Assembly (NCBI GenBank): GCA_036918135.1
Contig: JBALDB010000017.1
Location: forward strand, 1-64,000
Source: Nostoc sp.
GTDB taxonomy: Bacteria; Cyanobacteriota; Cyanobacteriia; Cyanobacteriales; Nostocaceae
Direction: 5' to 3'
DNA length: 64,000 nucleotides
Positions 30,812 through 40,759 of this stretch are shown here, in pieces; positions within the stretch are counted from its first letter, which is position 1, and every line of letters begins with the position of its first letter. Position numbers and translations under genes: made by a program. The notes under the pieces were generated by a model. It made no database searches, was not told the DNA's origin, and saw only the letters and a program-made list of their open reading frames with translations.

Positions 30812-31654
30812 CTACTGTCCAAGTTCTTTAATGTTTTTTGTCACTTGTTGATATAAATCATTGTTACCTTGAGTTTGAAACATGTTTGCTGCTTGTTCCA
30901 AATCCTTCAATGCTCCCTCTTTGTCTCCATTGGTAGCGCGGGCATTTCCTCGATTGTTGTAAGCAGGGGCAAAGTTAGGATTGAGGCGAATTGCTTCATT
31001 GTAATCTGCGATCGCTCCTTGGGGATCTCCATTGGCAGCGCGGGCATTTCCTCGGTTATTGTAGGCGATTGCATATCTAGGGTTGAGGGCAATGGTTTGG
31101 TCAAAATCATCTAGCGCCCCTTTTTTGTCTCCTAATGAAGCGCGGGCATTTCCTCGGTTATTATAGGCTTCGGCATAGTTGGGATTCAGGCGAATCGCTT
31201 CACTGTAATCTTTAACTGCTTCTCGGTTATTTCCTAGTGAGGCGCGGGCATTTCCTCGGTTATTGTAGGCTTCGGCGTTGTTGGGATCGATCCGTAGCGC
31301 TTGATTGTAATCTGCAATCGCTTTTTCCTTGTCTCCCAAGTCAAAGTAGGCTAATCCCCGGCCATTGTATGCAGCGACATATTCGGAATTCTGATCTATT
31401 GCCTTATTATAGGAAGCGATCGCCGCTTGCAAATCGCCGTTGACATGCTGATTCTTTCCCTGAACATAAAATGCTTCAGCTTTGGATCTGATAGGTGAAC
31501 GACGGCTAGGTGTACTAACTCCGATTTCGGTTACCAATACATTATCATTTTTACTGCAAGAAACGCTACTAATTGCTGTCAATGTAGTAAAAATAGCTAT
31601 GGTAAATACTTTATTTACCTTTGTTCGCTTTTGCCCAAATAAACGCCGTATCAT
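30812..31654 (-). CDS. Tetratricopeptide-repeat lipoprotein
   Basis: Lipobox-like SVSC; 34-aa TPRs with AYNNRGNARA; start uncertain (ATG 31654 or GTG 31693). Confidence 0.88.
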   Translation of the reverse strand: MIRRLFGQKRTKVNKVFTIAIFTTLTAISSVSCSKNDNVLVTEIGVSTPSRRSPIRSKAEAFYVQGKNQHVNGDLQAAIASYNKAIDQNSEYVAAYNGRGLAYFDLGDKEKAIADYNQALRIDPNNAEAYNNRGNARASLGNNREAVKDYSEAIRLNPNYAEAYNNRGNARASLGDKKGALDDFDQTIALNPRYAIAYNNRGNARAANGDPQGAIADYNEAIRLNPNFAPAYNNRGNARATNGDKEGALKDLEQAANMFQTQGNNDLYQQVTKNIKELGQ

Positions 31655-32096
31655 AAGTTGAGATATGCCTTGAAGAAGAATCCACCAATTCACAATTCAG
31701 AAGTCAGAACAAGAAAATCTGGTGACTAATGTCTTCATTCTTTCTTGAGAACACCTGAAATAAAGTAATACCAAAATCTAGATTTTAATTCTTTAGCAGC
31801 ATAATTTTTCTAACTTTTGATACAGCTTTCAAGAAATTTAGTTACTTGACGTACCAATTTTAGATTTAAGATTTTAAATTAAAAATTATTTCTCTGCTCT
31901 TGCAAAAAAGTAAGGTACATGCGCCGATGCCACTTGGTTTATATCAAAATTCATCCACCACAATGGCTAATCCTAGTGGGCAAAACAAATCCTTTCATTC
32001 AAAATTTGAAATCCTCAAGCCCTGTACCTTTGTCAATGTCGCCATGACGGTTATTTCAGCGGACATGATATGATTAATCTTTAACCAAACTTGGTA

Positions 32097-33017
32097 TTAC
32101 TCACTCTCCGTTTCAGTATCTTGAGTTTTGGGAGTTAGCCGCCAAGCAGTGGTTTTGTCTATATCTACAGACAATTGTTCTAGATTTTGCCCTAAATCTT
32201 TTTGGAGTTTCTGAGTTAGTGTAATCGGAAAATCTAAATTCAGACCTTGGGTTTGTGCTAAATTTACCAATTCTGTAAACGTAGTTTTGACTATGGTACG
32301 TTCGTAACTACTCAGTTTATAATCTGTAGTTTCAGATATATTCTGAGCTTGCATCGCTTTTTTTATACGTTCTTGCAAATGCTCAAATTCTGAATTTAAC
32401 AATTTCCATTGCTGCTCAAGTTGCGAATATCTAGCACTGAGCATTCTTAAATCTTCCGTTGCCGGATCCGGACTGGTTTGGGCTTGTAATTTTAACAAAT
32501 TTGAGTGGATTTGAGCCAGATAAATACAATCTAGATAAGCATACTCTATTTGTTCTTCAGTTAGAGGACGTTTTCCCCAATCGCTTTGTTGTTCTTGTTT
32601 GTCGATATTATTAAAACTACAAAGTGCAGTAGCTAAAGTTTGGAGTTGGTAATTTGGTAATGGCAAGAGATAATAAGGAATTTTCTTGGCTATTTCCAAA
32701 GTACAAGTAATATTTTTTGCTTTCTTATTACCGAGAAATTTTAGATCGTAACTAGCATTATGAAAAACTTTTTCAATGCTAGAATTTAACATGATTTCTT
32801 GAATAAATTCAGCTATAATATCAGGTTGTTCTAGGACATCTAAAAGGTAAACGCGATCGCCACTCATATCATCAGGATTATCTAATACCTGAATCAGCGA
32901 CAGCTTGGGATTGCGGCTTTTATAGTCAGCCACTTCTGTATCTATCCACAGTGTTTTAGCTTGAGTATATTCAGCGACAATGGCGTAAATTTCGCGGGCG
33001 GAAGTAAGGTAGGGCAT
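32097..33017 (-). CDS. Ribonuclease D-like 3'-5' exonuclease
   Basis: WIDTE (ExoI), KVFHNASYD (ExoII), SDWGKRPLTEEQIEYAYLD (ExoIII). Confidence 0.88.
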   Translation of the reverse strand: MPYLTSAREIYAIVAEYTQAKTLWIDTEVADYKSRNPKLSLIQVLDNPDDMSGDRVYLLDVLEQPDIIAEFIQEIMLNSSIEKVFHNASYDLKFLGNKKAKNITCTLEIAKKIPYYLLPLPNYQLQTLATALCSFNNIDKQEQQSDWGKRPLTEEQIEYAYLDCIYLAQIHSNLLKLQAQTSPDPATEDLRMLSARYSQLEQQWKLLNSEFEHLQERIKKAMQAQNISETTDYKLSSYERTIVKTTFTELVNLAQTQGLNLDFPITLTQKLQKDLGQNLEQLSVDIDKTTAWRLTPKTQDTETESE

Positions 33018-33334
33018 TGGCTAATCTTTCCTGATATTTTGGGCATTGTCAGCAAGCCATAGTTTTTTAAAGTAACATTTTGTTGGTAATTTTGCTGGCA
33101 GAGAATTGGAAAAACGCTGAAATTTTTAGTTGCATAGGCCGGGTTATTGTAGATATCGCCAAACTTGCTCAAATCTGATAACATCAAATCACTACTATAG
33201 GGCAGCATAGTCTCATTCCAAGAAAACTAGTTGGCATCTACCAGGAATTGACAGACAGCCGCAGACTGATGCAGAGCTATACTAGTCAGCAGCCCTAAAA
33301 AAATCGAATTGGTGCTTCTCCAAATTTTTTAGTT

Positions 33335-33420
33335 ATTAGTCATTGGTCATTAGTCATTAGTCATTTGCAAAGTACAAATGGTAAAAGATAAATGACAGAG
33401 GACAAATGACAAACAACAAA
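33335..33420. repeat. STRR2-type heptamer tract (GTCATT[A/G/T]/TGACAAA)
   Basis: Tandem heptamers with inverted arms; similar tracts at 10640, 44195, 45077, 50225, 55478, 57631 and 57828. Confidence 0.7.
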
Positions 33421-33497
33421 TAAAAATTTTTAACATTCGCTCCTCACCATCACACACCTTAATTAATCGCTTCAAGTACTGAATTCGGAGATAAATA

Positions 33498-33968
33498 ATG
33501 AAAAAGCTAATTCCATTTCTAGTTAGTGGTATTCTAGTAATTGGTGCTGTTGGTTGCCAAGAAGCTACTAAAACTGGTTCGGAAACTCCTAGCACTACCA
33601 ATGAAGCCTCCCAAACATCAGCTACACCAGCTTCCGAAACCAATCCAACTATCGATAAAAGTGTTAATGTTCCAGCACAACCAACCACTATTACACCACC
33701 TTCTATAGACACTAAAGTTCAAACCGATTCCCCAAAAACCGCAGCAACAAAAACTGAAAGTAATTTAAAAACTGAAGTTAGTAAAAAGTTGAATACAGGT
33801 TTACCAGGGAATAAGTTACAAGTTGAAAACAAAGAGAGTGAAATTATCCTCAAAGGTACAGCGACTTCTGTTGATGAACTTAAAAAAGCTGAAACTTTGG
33901 CTAAGGAAGTTCAAGGTGTAAAAACAGTGAAGGTAAAAGTAAAAGTTGATGCTGTGAAAAAGCCATAG
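33498..33968 (+). CDS. BON-domain lipoprotein
   Basis: Lipobox AVGC, Thr/Ser/Pro linker, BON-like IILKGTA...AETLAKEVQGVKTV. Confidence 0.85.
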   Translation: MKKLIPFLVSGILVIGAVGCQEATKTGSETPSTTNEASQTSATPASETNPTIDKSVNVPAQPTTITPPSIDTKVQTDSPKTAATKTESNLKTEVSKKLNTGLPGNKLQVENKESEIILKGTATSVDELKKAETLAKEVQGVKTVKVKVKVDAVKKP

Positions 33969-34060
33969 GAGAATAGCTGAACTTCTAGTTAAGTAGCTCA
34001 AGTAAAAAAAACGTAAGATGTAGTTACTGCAAAGAGTACGGCATCCCGGTAGACTATATT

Positions 34061-34098
34061 AAAAGGGTGCGTTGGGCTGTATGACAACGCACCCTTTT
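34061..34098. terminator. Bidirectional terminator-like hairpin
   Basis: AAAAGGGTGCGTTG...CAACGCACCCTTTT downstream of the BON gene. Confidence 0.6.
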
Positions 34099-34112
34099 AT
34101 GGGAGCTTTGAG

Positions 34113-34300
34113 ATGTTCATCGACACCACTCGCCGAATCGCCGAAACCCTATATTTTTTATTAAATGGTGTCGATGCCTTACAGGACAACGATTTGAGGT
34201 ATACATTTTACTTAATTTCGCACAAAATATATAATCTTTTTGAGAGTGGTGTCGATTTGGTAGCTGAAAGCCTTACGGGGCAAAGCCTCCTAGACGAACT
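34113..34300 (+). promoter_or_regulatory. CRISPR leader
   Basis: ATCGACACC (34119) plus two GGTGTCGAT copies (34167, 34248) separated by AT-rich tracts, abutting the first repeat. Confidence 0.65.
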
Positions 34301-34408
34301 CTTTACCGATTGCTTGAAATCGGAATTAATGGAAACGATGCAATTTTAGCCACAGGAATAATCTCAGGAACCTTTACCGATACGCTTTAAATCGGGATTA
34401 GGGATTAG
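34301..34408 (+). CRISPR. Minimal CRISPR array: one repeat, one 35-nt spacer, one degenerate terminal repeat
   Basis: Repeat CTTTACCGATTGCTTGAAATCGGAATTAATGGAAAC (36 nt, CCGATT/AATCGG stem, GAAAC end); spacer 34337-34371; second repeat CTTTACCGATACGCTTTAAATCGGGATTA... Confidence 0.75.
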
Positions 34409-34460
34409 CAAAAAATAAATTACTACTACTTGTGGGGTGGGCGTCTCGCCCGCCCATAAA

Positions 34461-34639
34461 CCAATACAGTTAAATTAAAAAGAATTGTAAGTTGGGTTAT
34501 AGCTTGCTTCAACGTTCGCGTAGCGTCCTGCAAGGAAGTGGTACGAAGTGAAACTCAACAAAGCCTTGATAACGTTGGGTTTTGTTCCTCAATCTAACCT
34601 ACTCAGTTTTATTTTTTAGCCTTAACTGAACCGTATTGG
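34461..34639. mobile_element. MITE containing a REP-like pair and nested small repeats
   Basis: Termini CCAATACAGTT / AACCGTATTGG; inner GTTGGGTT...AACCTAC arms; nested GTTCGCGTAGCGTC insert. Confidence 0.6.
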
Positions 34640-34711
34640 AATATAACTAAAGAAAGAGGCATAGTTATTCAACTCCCTTGTTTGGGTTCTCTGTTGGCTC
34701 CTGTGGCTTAA

Positions 34712-34820
34712 TATAGCCGTAGTCATATAGGCTAGGACATAATAACAAGCGTGAATGTCAGCAAGAGTAATGTTTTTACCTCCTGCCTCCAGCAAGAACT
34801 GCCCCCTGCCTCCTGCTATA
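34712..34820 (+). mobile_element. MITE-like repeat family A copy 4
   Basis: TATAGCCGTAGTCATATAGGCTAGGACAT...CTCCTGCTATA. Confidence 0.7.
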
Positions 34821-34911
34821 ATCCTAAATTCTCTCCCCTACCCTCTTGCGATTCTGGAATTAGTTGATACACTTGTTCTTCAATAGCCATTAGTCCAGTT
34901 AACCAGCGCCT

Positions 34912-37900
34912 ATGGTGCATATCAAGCGCGTGGAACTTACCAACTTCAAATCCTTCGGCGGTACTACCCAAGTCCCTTTGCTGCCGGGATTTACTGTCAT
35001 ATCTGGGCCAAATGGTTCGGGTAAATCAAATATTTTGGATGCGCTACTGTTTTGTTTGGGACTCGCTAGTTCTAAAGGAATGCGAGCCGATCGCTTGCCG
35101 GATTTGGTAAATAATACTCAAACAGCTAAGGGACGGGCTGCGATTGAAGCTAGTGTTACGGTGACGTTTGATTTGTCGGATGAAGTTTCACGCACAGACG
35201 CGGAGGCGCACAGAGGAGAAGACGAGGAAGAGGAAGAAGTTGGAGAAGTTGGGGAAGTTGGGGAAGAAATTCTAAAATCTAAAGTTCAAAATCCAAAGTT
35301 GGCAGAGTGGAGTGTCACTCGGAAGTTGCGAGTAACTCACCAGGGAACTTATACGTCGAATTACTATATCAATGGTGTCAGTTGTACGCTGACGGAGTTG
35401 CACGAGGAATTAGATAATCTGCGGATTTATCCTGAAGGATACAATGTGGTGTTGCAGGGGGATGTCACCAGTATTATCTCGATGAATGGGCGGGAGAGGC
35501 GAGAGATTATTGATGAGTTGGCTGGGGTGGCGGCGTTCGATCGCAAAATTAATCAAGCCAAAGGCACTTTAGATGAGGTGAAGGAAAAGGAAGACGGCTG
35601 TCGGATTATTGAGACGGAATTAACTGCACAACGCGATCGCCTTTCTCAAGATCGGGCCAAAGCTGAGAAGTATCAAAAACTTCGGGCGGAATTTCTGGCG
35701 AAGCAATCTTGGGAAGCCGTTTTATCTTGGCGTTCGCTGCAAGCACACCAAGAAAAGTTGGTTGCTGAAATTCAAAATGGCGATCGCAATTCTGGGGAAC
35801 TGAATACGCAACTCACAACTTTAAATTCTGAAATCGTCCAAAAAACTGCTGAACTCGAAGAACTTAACGCCCATGTTAAAGCTTTGGGAGAAGAGGAACT
35901 TTTAGCGGTACAATCTACCCTTGCTACCCAGGAAGCAGAACGCAAACAATTGTTGCGTCAGCAAACGGAATTACAAACAACTTCCCAAGAAACTGCCAAG
36001 CGTCTGACTCAAACTCAGCAGGAGATTCAACAACACCGCCATACTCTCCAAGAAATTGCCGAAACCCAACTTGTAGAGACGCGATTCATCGCGTCTTCAC
36101 TACAGCAAAGAAATGAAGCACAACAAGCTTTAGAAACTTCCCGCCAAGCAGCCGCAGAAATCGCCTCGGCTTCGGAGGCGTGGGTGCAGCAACAAACGGC
36201 ATTCAACCGTCAAATTGAAACTTTGCTGCAAACTCTGGAACCCCAACGCACGGAACAAGCACAACTCAGAGAACGCAATAACCAATTACAGCAACTCATC
36301 CAAGAACAAACTCAGTTGATTGCCCGCGATAAACCGGAATTAGCCGGAAAACAAGCTGAATGCAGTGGCATTGAAACGGAATTTAATACTTCTAGCGAAC
36401 CCATCCAAAATTTAGCTCAAAATCTCTCAGCCACAGAACAAGAATTACAAATTCAGCAGGAAACCCAAAAGCGGTTGCTTGGCGAACAACGAGAAAAACA
36501 ACGCCAGTTAGATAAATTAGAAGCGCAGACGCAAGCACAACAAGAAGTCCAAGGCACCCAAGCGAGTAAGGTGATTTTACAATCAGGAATGCCCGGTGTT
36601 TGCGGCTTGGTTGTACAGTTGGGACGAGTAGAACCCCGCTATCAGCTAGCCTTAGAAATTTCTGCTGGTGGACGCTTGGGACATATTGTGGTAGAAGATG
36701 ACGGAATTGCCGCAGCAGGTATTGAATTACTCAAACAAAAACGTGCTGGAAGGGCAACTTTTTTACCGCTGAACAAAATTTCTGCTGCTAAGTTTACTCA
36801 AGATGCAACGCTGCGTTTGGCTAGCGGTTTCATCAACTATGCTGTGAATTTAATCGATTGCGATCGCCGTTACAAAGATGTATTCAGCTACGTCTTCGGT
36901 AATACGGTGGTATTTGCAACTCTCGAACAGGCACGGAAAAATTTAGGACTGTATCGCATCGTTACTTTAGACGGGGAATTGTTGGAAACCAGCGGTGCAA
37001 TGACTGGTGGTAGTAATACTCAACGTTCGGCGTTGCGGTTTGGTACCGGGGAAGCGGCGGAATCTGATGAAGTCATTGGATTAAAAAATCGTTTGCTGGA
37101 TATTGAGCGAATTTTACAGCGTTGCACTGAAGCGATCGCTACTTTGTCAAACCGAACCAAACAATTGACGCAAGAATTAACAGAAACCCGACAAGCGCGG
37201 CGAGAACAACAGTTGCAATTGGAACAGTTGCACAAGGATATTAAGAATTTAACTGGGCAGTTAGAGGGGACGCGATCGCAATTAGTCCAAAACACGGAAA
37301 AATTAGCCGTTGCTCAATCTCGTCTAGAAGTTTTAGAGCGGGAATTACCAGGACAAGAAACTCAACTGCAACAATTACGACATGCCTTAGCAGAGTTAGA
37401 GGCCTCCCAAACCCCCAGTGAATGGCAACAAATCCAAGCAACCATTAAAATTCAAGAGCAACAATTACAACAAAGAGAAGCAGCCTTAAGGGAAGCCGAA
37501 CAAAAATTAAAAAATTTAGAAAATCAGCAACAGCGCCTGCAAGAAAAAATCCAAGAAGCCGAAACCCGAATCACCGAATACGAAACTCAACAAACCTCTT
37601 GTAAAGACGCGATTCATCGCGTCTCCAGCCAAATCGCAACGATAAACGAGCAAATCGTCCAAACCCGTCTATCGTTAACTCAAATGGAGCAAAAACTGGG
37701 CGAACAAAAACAAAAACGCGATACCACAGAACAGGAAGTGCGATCGCAACTTTTGCGTCAACAACAATTAGAATGGGAAATCCAAAAACTCCAAGAAACC
37801 CAAGAAAAGCGGCGGGAAGAACTAGTTGCACTCCAAAGTCAACTGCGCGATGTCGCAGCAGAATTACCCGATCCGCTGCCGGAAGTTCCAGATAAAGTAG

Positions 37901-38562
37901 ACTTGGAAGAATTGCAGAAAGAATTGCGATCGCTCACTAAACGCTTGCAAGCAATGGAACCTGTGAATATGCTGGCGTTGGAAGAATACGAACGCACCCA
38001 AAACCGCCTCCAGGAACTAACGCAAAAATTAGAAACCTTAGAAGCCGAACGCACAGAATTACTGTTACGGATTGAAAACTTTACCACATTGCGGCAACTT
38101 GCTTTTAAAGAAGCTTTCGATGCTGTCAATGAAAACTTTCAATCGATTTTCGCCATCCTATCCGACGGTGACGGCTACCTACAACTAGAAAATCCCGAAG
38201 ATCCATTTGGTAGCGGCTTGAATCTAGTTGCCCATCCCAAAGGTAAACCAGTACAGCGCCTAGCTTCCATGTCTGGGGGAGAAAAATCACTTACAGCCTT
38301 GAGCTTTATCTTTGCCCTGCAACGTTACCGCCCATCGCCATTTTACGCCTTTGACGAAGTAGATATGTTTTTGGATGGGGCAAACGTCGAGCGATTAGCT
38401 AGAATGATCGAGCAACAGTCACAACAAGCACAATTTATAGTTGTGAGTTTGCGTCGTCCGATGATAGAATCAGCCGAACGCACAATTGGCGTTACTCAAG
38501 CACGAGGAGCTTATACTCAAGTTTTGGGGATTAAATTACAATCATCCAATACATCTGCTTGA
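34912..38562 (+). CDS. smc: Chromosome segregation protein SMC
   Basis: Walker A GPNGSGKSN, hinge GRATFLPL, signature MSGGEKS, Walker B FDEVD, long coiled coils. Confidence 0.97.
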   Translation: MVHIKRVELTNFKSFGGTTQVPLLPGFTVISGPNGSGKSNILDALLFCLGLASSKGMRADRLPDLVNNTQTAKGRAAIEASVTVTFDLSDEVSRTDAEAHRGEDEEEEEVGEVGEVGEEILKSKVQNPKLAEWSVTRKLRVTHQGTYTSNYYINGVSCTLTELHEELDNLRIYPEGYNVVLQGDVTSIISMNGRERREIIDELAGVAAFDRKINQAKGTLDEVKEKEDGCRIIETELTAQRDRLSQDRAKAEKYQKLRAEFLAKQSWEAVLSWRSLQAHQEKLVAEIQNGDRNSGELNTQLTTLNSEIVQKTAELEELNAHVKALGEEELLAVQSTLATQEAERKQLLRQQTELQTTSQETAKRLTQTQQEIQQHRHTLQEIAETQLVETRFIASSLQQRNEAQQALETSRQAAAEIASASEAWVQQQTAFNRQIETLLQTLEPQRTEQAQLRERNNQLQQLIQEQTQLIARDKPELAGKQAECSGIETEFNTSSEPIQNLAQNLSATEQELQIQQETQKRLLGEQREKQRQLDKLEAQTQAQQEVQGTQASKVILQSGMPGVCGLVVQLGRVEPRYQLALEISAGGRLGHIVVEDDGIAAAGIELLKQKRAGRATFLPLNKISAAKFTQDATLRLASGFINYAVNLIDCDRRYKDVFSYVFGNTVVFATLEQARKNLGLYRIVTLDGELLETSGAMTGGSNTQRSALRFGTGEAAESDEVIGLKNRLLDIERILQRCTEAIATLSNRTKQLTQELTETRQARREQQLQLEQLHKDIKNLTGQLEGTRSQLVQNTEKLAVAQSRLEVLERELPGQETQLQQLRHALAELEASQTPSEWQQIQATIKIQEQQLQQREAALREAEQKLKNLENQQQRLQEKIQEAETRITEYETQQTSCKDAIHRVSSQIATINEQIVQTRLSLTQMEQKLGEQKQKRDTTEQEVRSQLLRQQQLEWEIQKLQETQEKRREELVALQSQLRDVAAELPDPLPEVPDKVDLEELQKELRSLTKRLQAMEPVNMLALEEYERTQNRLQELTQKLETLEAERTELLLRIENFTTLRQLAFKEAFDAVNENFQSIFAILSDGDGYLQLENPEDPFGSGLNLVAHPKGKPVQRLASMSGGEKSLTALSFIFALQRYRPSPFYAFDEVDMFLDGANVERLARMIEQQSQQAQFIVVSLRRPMIESAERTIGVTQARGAYTQVLGIKLQSSNTSA

Positions 38563-38620
38563 GTTTTTGTTAATAATAGTGTATAGACAAACCGGATTCG
38601 AGATCAGGACTCGGTATAGA

Positions 38621-39616
38621 ATGACCTCTGAACAAATAATTAGGCGTTCCGACATATTAAATACTCAGGTAATTACCCGCGACAACGGCAAGCGGCTAGG
38701 CATAGTCAGTCAAGTCTGGGTAGATATCGATCAACGAGAGGTTGTGGCTCTTGGTTTGCGAGACAGCCTGATCTCTATTTCGGGCATACCGCGCTATATG
38801 TACCTCAACAACATCAACCAGATAGGTGATGTCATCCTGGTTGATAACGAAGACGTAATAGAAGATATCGATGTTGAAGCTCTCAGTAACTTAATCAACT
38901 GGGAAGTAATTACAGAAACAGGTGAAGTATTAGGCAAAGTTCGGGGCTTCAAGTTCAACGGTGAAACAGGTAAACTTGATTCCATAGTCATTGCCTCATT
39001 AGGATTGCCCCAAATTCCCGACCAATTTGTAAGTACTTACGAGTTCTCAGTCGAGGAAATTGTCAGCACAGGCCCCAATCGATTGATTGTGTTTGAGGGA
39101 GCCGAAGAACGGGTAAACCAATTGACAGTCGGTTTACTAGAGCGTTTAGGTATCGGCAAAGCACCCTGGGAGCGAGATGCAGAAGAAGAATACGGCTATA
39201 CTCCACCACGTACAATTGCACCACCCAATCAACTGCCCCCTGGAATGCCATTGCAGCCACCCAAACAGAGAGTCCGCGCTCCCCAACCGGTAGCGCGGGA
39301 AGAAGAATGGACAGAAGACTATGTGGAAGAAGTCAGACCACAGCGCCAAGTGATGAAGGCGCAGCAGTATGAGTCTATTCAATACGAAGAAGACGAAGAA
39401 GAAGATAACTGGAGTGAAGCAACAGGTAGCGACAGGTATAAACAAGCGCAACCCCTAAAATCTGAACCCCAGCCTTATAGCAAGCCATACGTTGATGATT
39501 ACGATGATTATGATGACCTTGAGACTGATGCCTGGGAAGATGCGCCAAAGCCAGTAAATATTCCCAAGAAAGTCAAAGAAAGACAGCCAGAATACGAAGA
39601 AGAAGGCGGATATTAA
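38621..39616 (+). CDS. PRC-barrel domain protein with acidic C-terminal tail
   Basis: Two PRC barrels (QVITRDNGKRLG; EVITETGEVLGKV); ATG at 38621. Confidence 0.88.
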   Translation: MTSEQIIRRSDILNTQVITRDNGKRLGIVSQVWVDIDQREVVALGLRDSLISISGIPRYMYLNNINQIGDVILVDNEDVIEDIDVEALSNLINWEVITETGEVLGKVRGFKFNGETGKLDSIVIASLGLPQIPDQFVSTYEFSVEEIVSTGPNRLIVFEGAEERVNQLTVGLLERLGIGKAPWERDAEEEYGYTPPRTIAPPNQLPPGMPLQPPKQRVRAPQPVAREEEWTEDYVEEVRPQRQVMKAQQYESIQYEEDEEEDNWSEATGSDRYKQAQPLKSEPQPYSKPYVDDYDDYDDLETDAWEDAPKPVNIPKKVKERQPEYEEEGGY

Positions 39617-39679
39617 CTAATTCATAGTTCGGAATTCGTAATTTAAGCCGAAAATTACGAGTTATATCTTAGACAAGTT

Positions 39680-39717
39680 CAGCCCTTTCCTTGCAAGCAA
39701 GGATGGGGCTAATTTTT
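39680..39717 (+). terminator. Probable intrinsic terminator
   Basis: AGCCC...CCTTGC-AA-GCAAGG...GGGCT followed by a T-run. Confidence 0.55.
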
Positions 39718-39848
39718 GAGGATAAGTGGAGGTGGAAGGGTGATGGGTGAGGAAGTGGAGAATGCGCTATCAGCTCGAGGGTAGATATTCATAAAAGAAC
39801 ACTAGGAAACTCAATTGTTACGGCTGTTGAGTAATTGGTAGTGCGTAT

Positions 39849-40412
39849 TCAGGGATTAATTGCAGAATTAGCCATTTTCACCAAAGAAGTGCGATCGCCT
39901 GCTTTCAATCCCACAGTATATTGCACACCCTGTTGTCGCCAAGTCAAGGTAGCATCTGAACAATTAGCACCACAACTAAAATCTACAAAGTAGCCAGTAA
40001 TACCCTTAGCTAAGGACATAGGTTTACCAGTCAGGCGCGGTGTTTTGCGGGTTACCGCTTCAGCAGAAAGCACACCTAAACGACAAGCAGTTCCACCATT
40101 GCAGTCAGGACTGAAACCAAGTAAGATATCGTACTTTTTTGGGCTAGCAGTTTCTATAATTGCGTAAATTGGGTTTTGCCCATCGGACTCAGGAATAAAC
40201 TTTGGTAATAAAATCTTGATTTGAGTTTTTTGCTTTAGTTTAGGCAAAATCGACTTAAAAACTGGATGCAACTGAATTCTATTCTGTCCTTGTGCTATCA
40301 GTTGGGACTGATTGTTGAGAGTGGCTACTGCTGACTTTTGAAAGCTGCTAACCCCAACTAATAAAAATACAGCAGACACAGCAGCAATCTTTCTCAAGCT
40401 TAAAATCATCAT
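39849..40412 (-). CDS. Secreted hypothetical protein with two Cys pairs
   Basis: Signal peptide; CNGGTAC and CGANC motifs. Confidence 0.75.
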   Translation of the reverse strand: MMILSLRKIAAVSAVFLLVGVSSFQKSAVATLNNQSQLIAQGQNRIQLHPVFKSILPKLKQKTQIKILLPKFIPESDGQNPIYAIIETASPKKYDILLGFSPDCNGGTACRLGVLSAEAVTRKTPRLTGKPMSLAKGITGYFVDFSCGANCSDATLTWRQQGVQYTVGLKAGDRTSLVKMANSAINP

Positions 40413-40759
40413 TACAATCCTATTTCATCTCAAACACTTATTTGTAATACCCATTTTTAGTATCAAATTACGCATTCATTTGATAAAAAAATGTGAAAAC
40501 TGGGAATAATAAACATACAAAATTAAGTAGATAAGCATAATTAAATGTAAAATTTCAATCAGTAAAATCATCAGCTTTTATCTTCTGACTTGAAAGTACT
40601 AACCGCTAAGCAAAAATACTAGTCCCGAATTCTAATGAATTGAGAGTTAAAAATCTGATAAATTTTTGATTGTAGAGATAAAAATAGATAAAAGGTCACT
40701 TGACCTCTAACTATTAATCGGATAGCCTTAGCGTTCAGAAACATTTTATTGGGAAACTG

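Noticed and set aside
30930..31290. Regularly spaced DNA repeats (GCGCGGGCATTTCCTCG) resembling a CRISPR array
   Set aside because: The 102-bp period equals 34-aa TPR units inside an intact CDS.
34113..34349. 78-aa ORF in the ORF track
   Set aside because: It coincides with the CRISPR leader and first repeat and has no protein features; better explained as non-coding.
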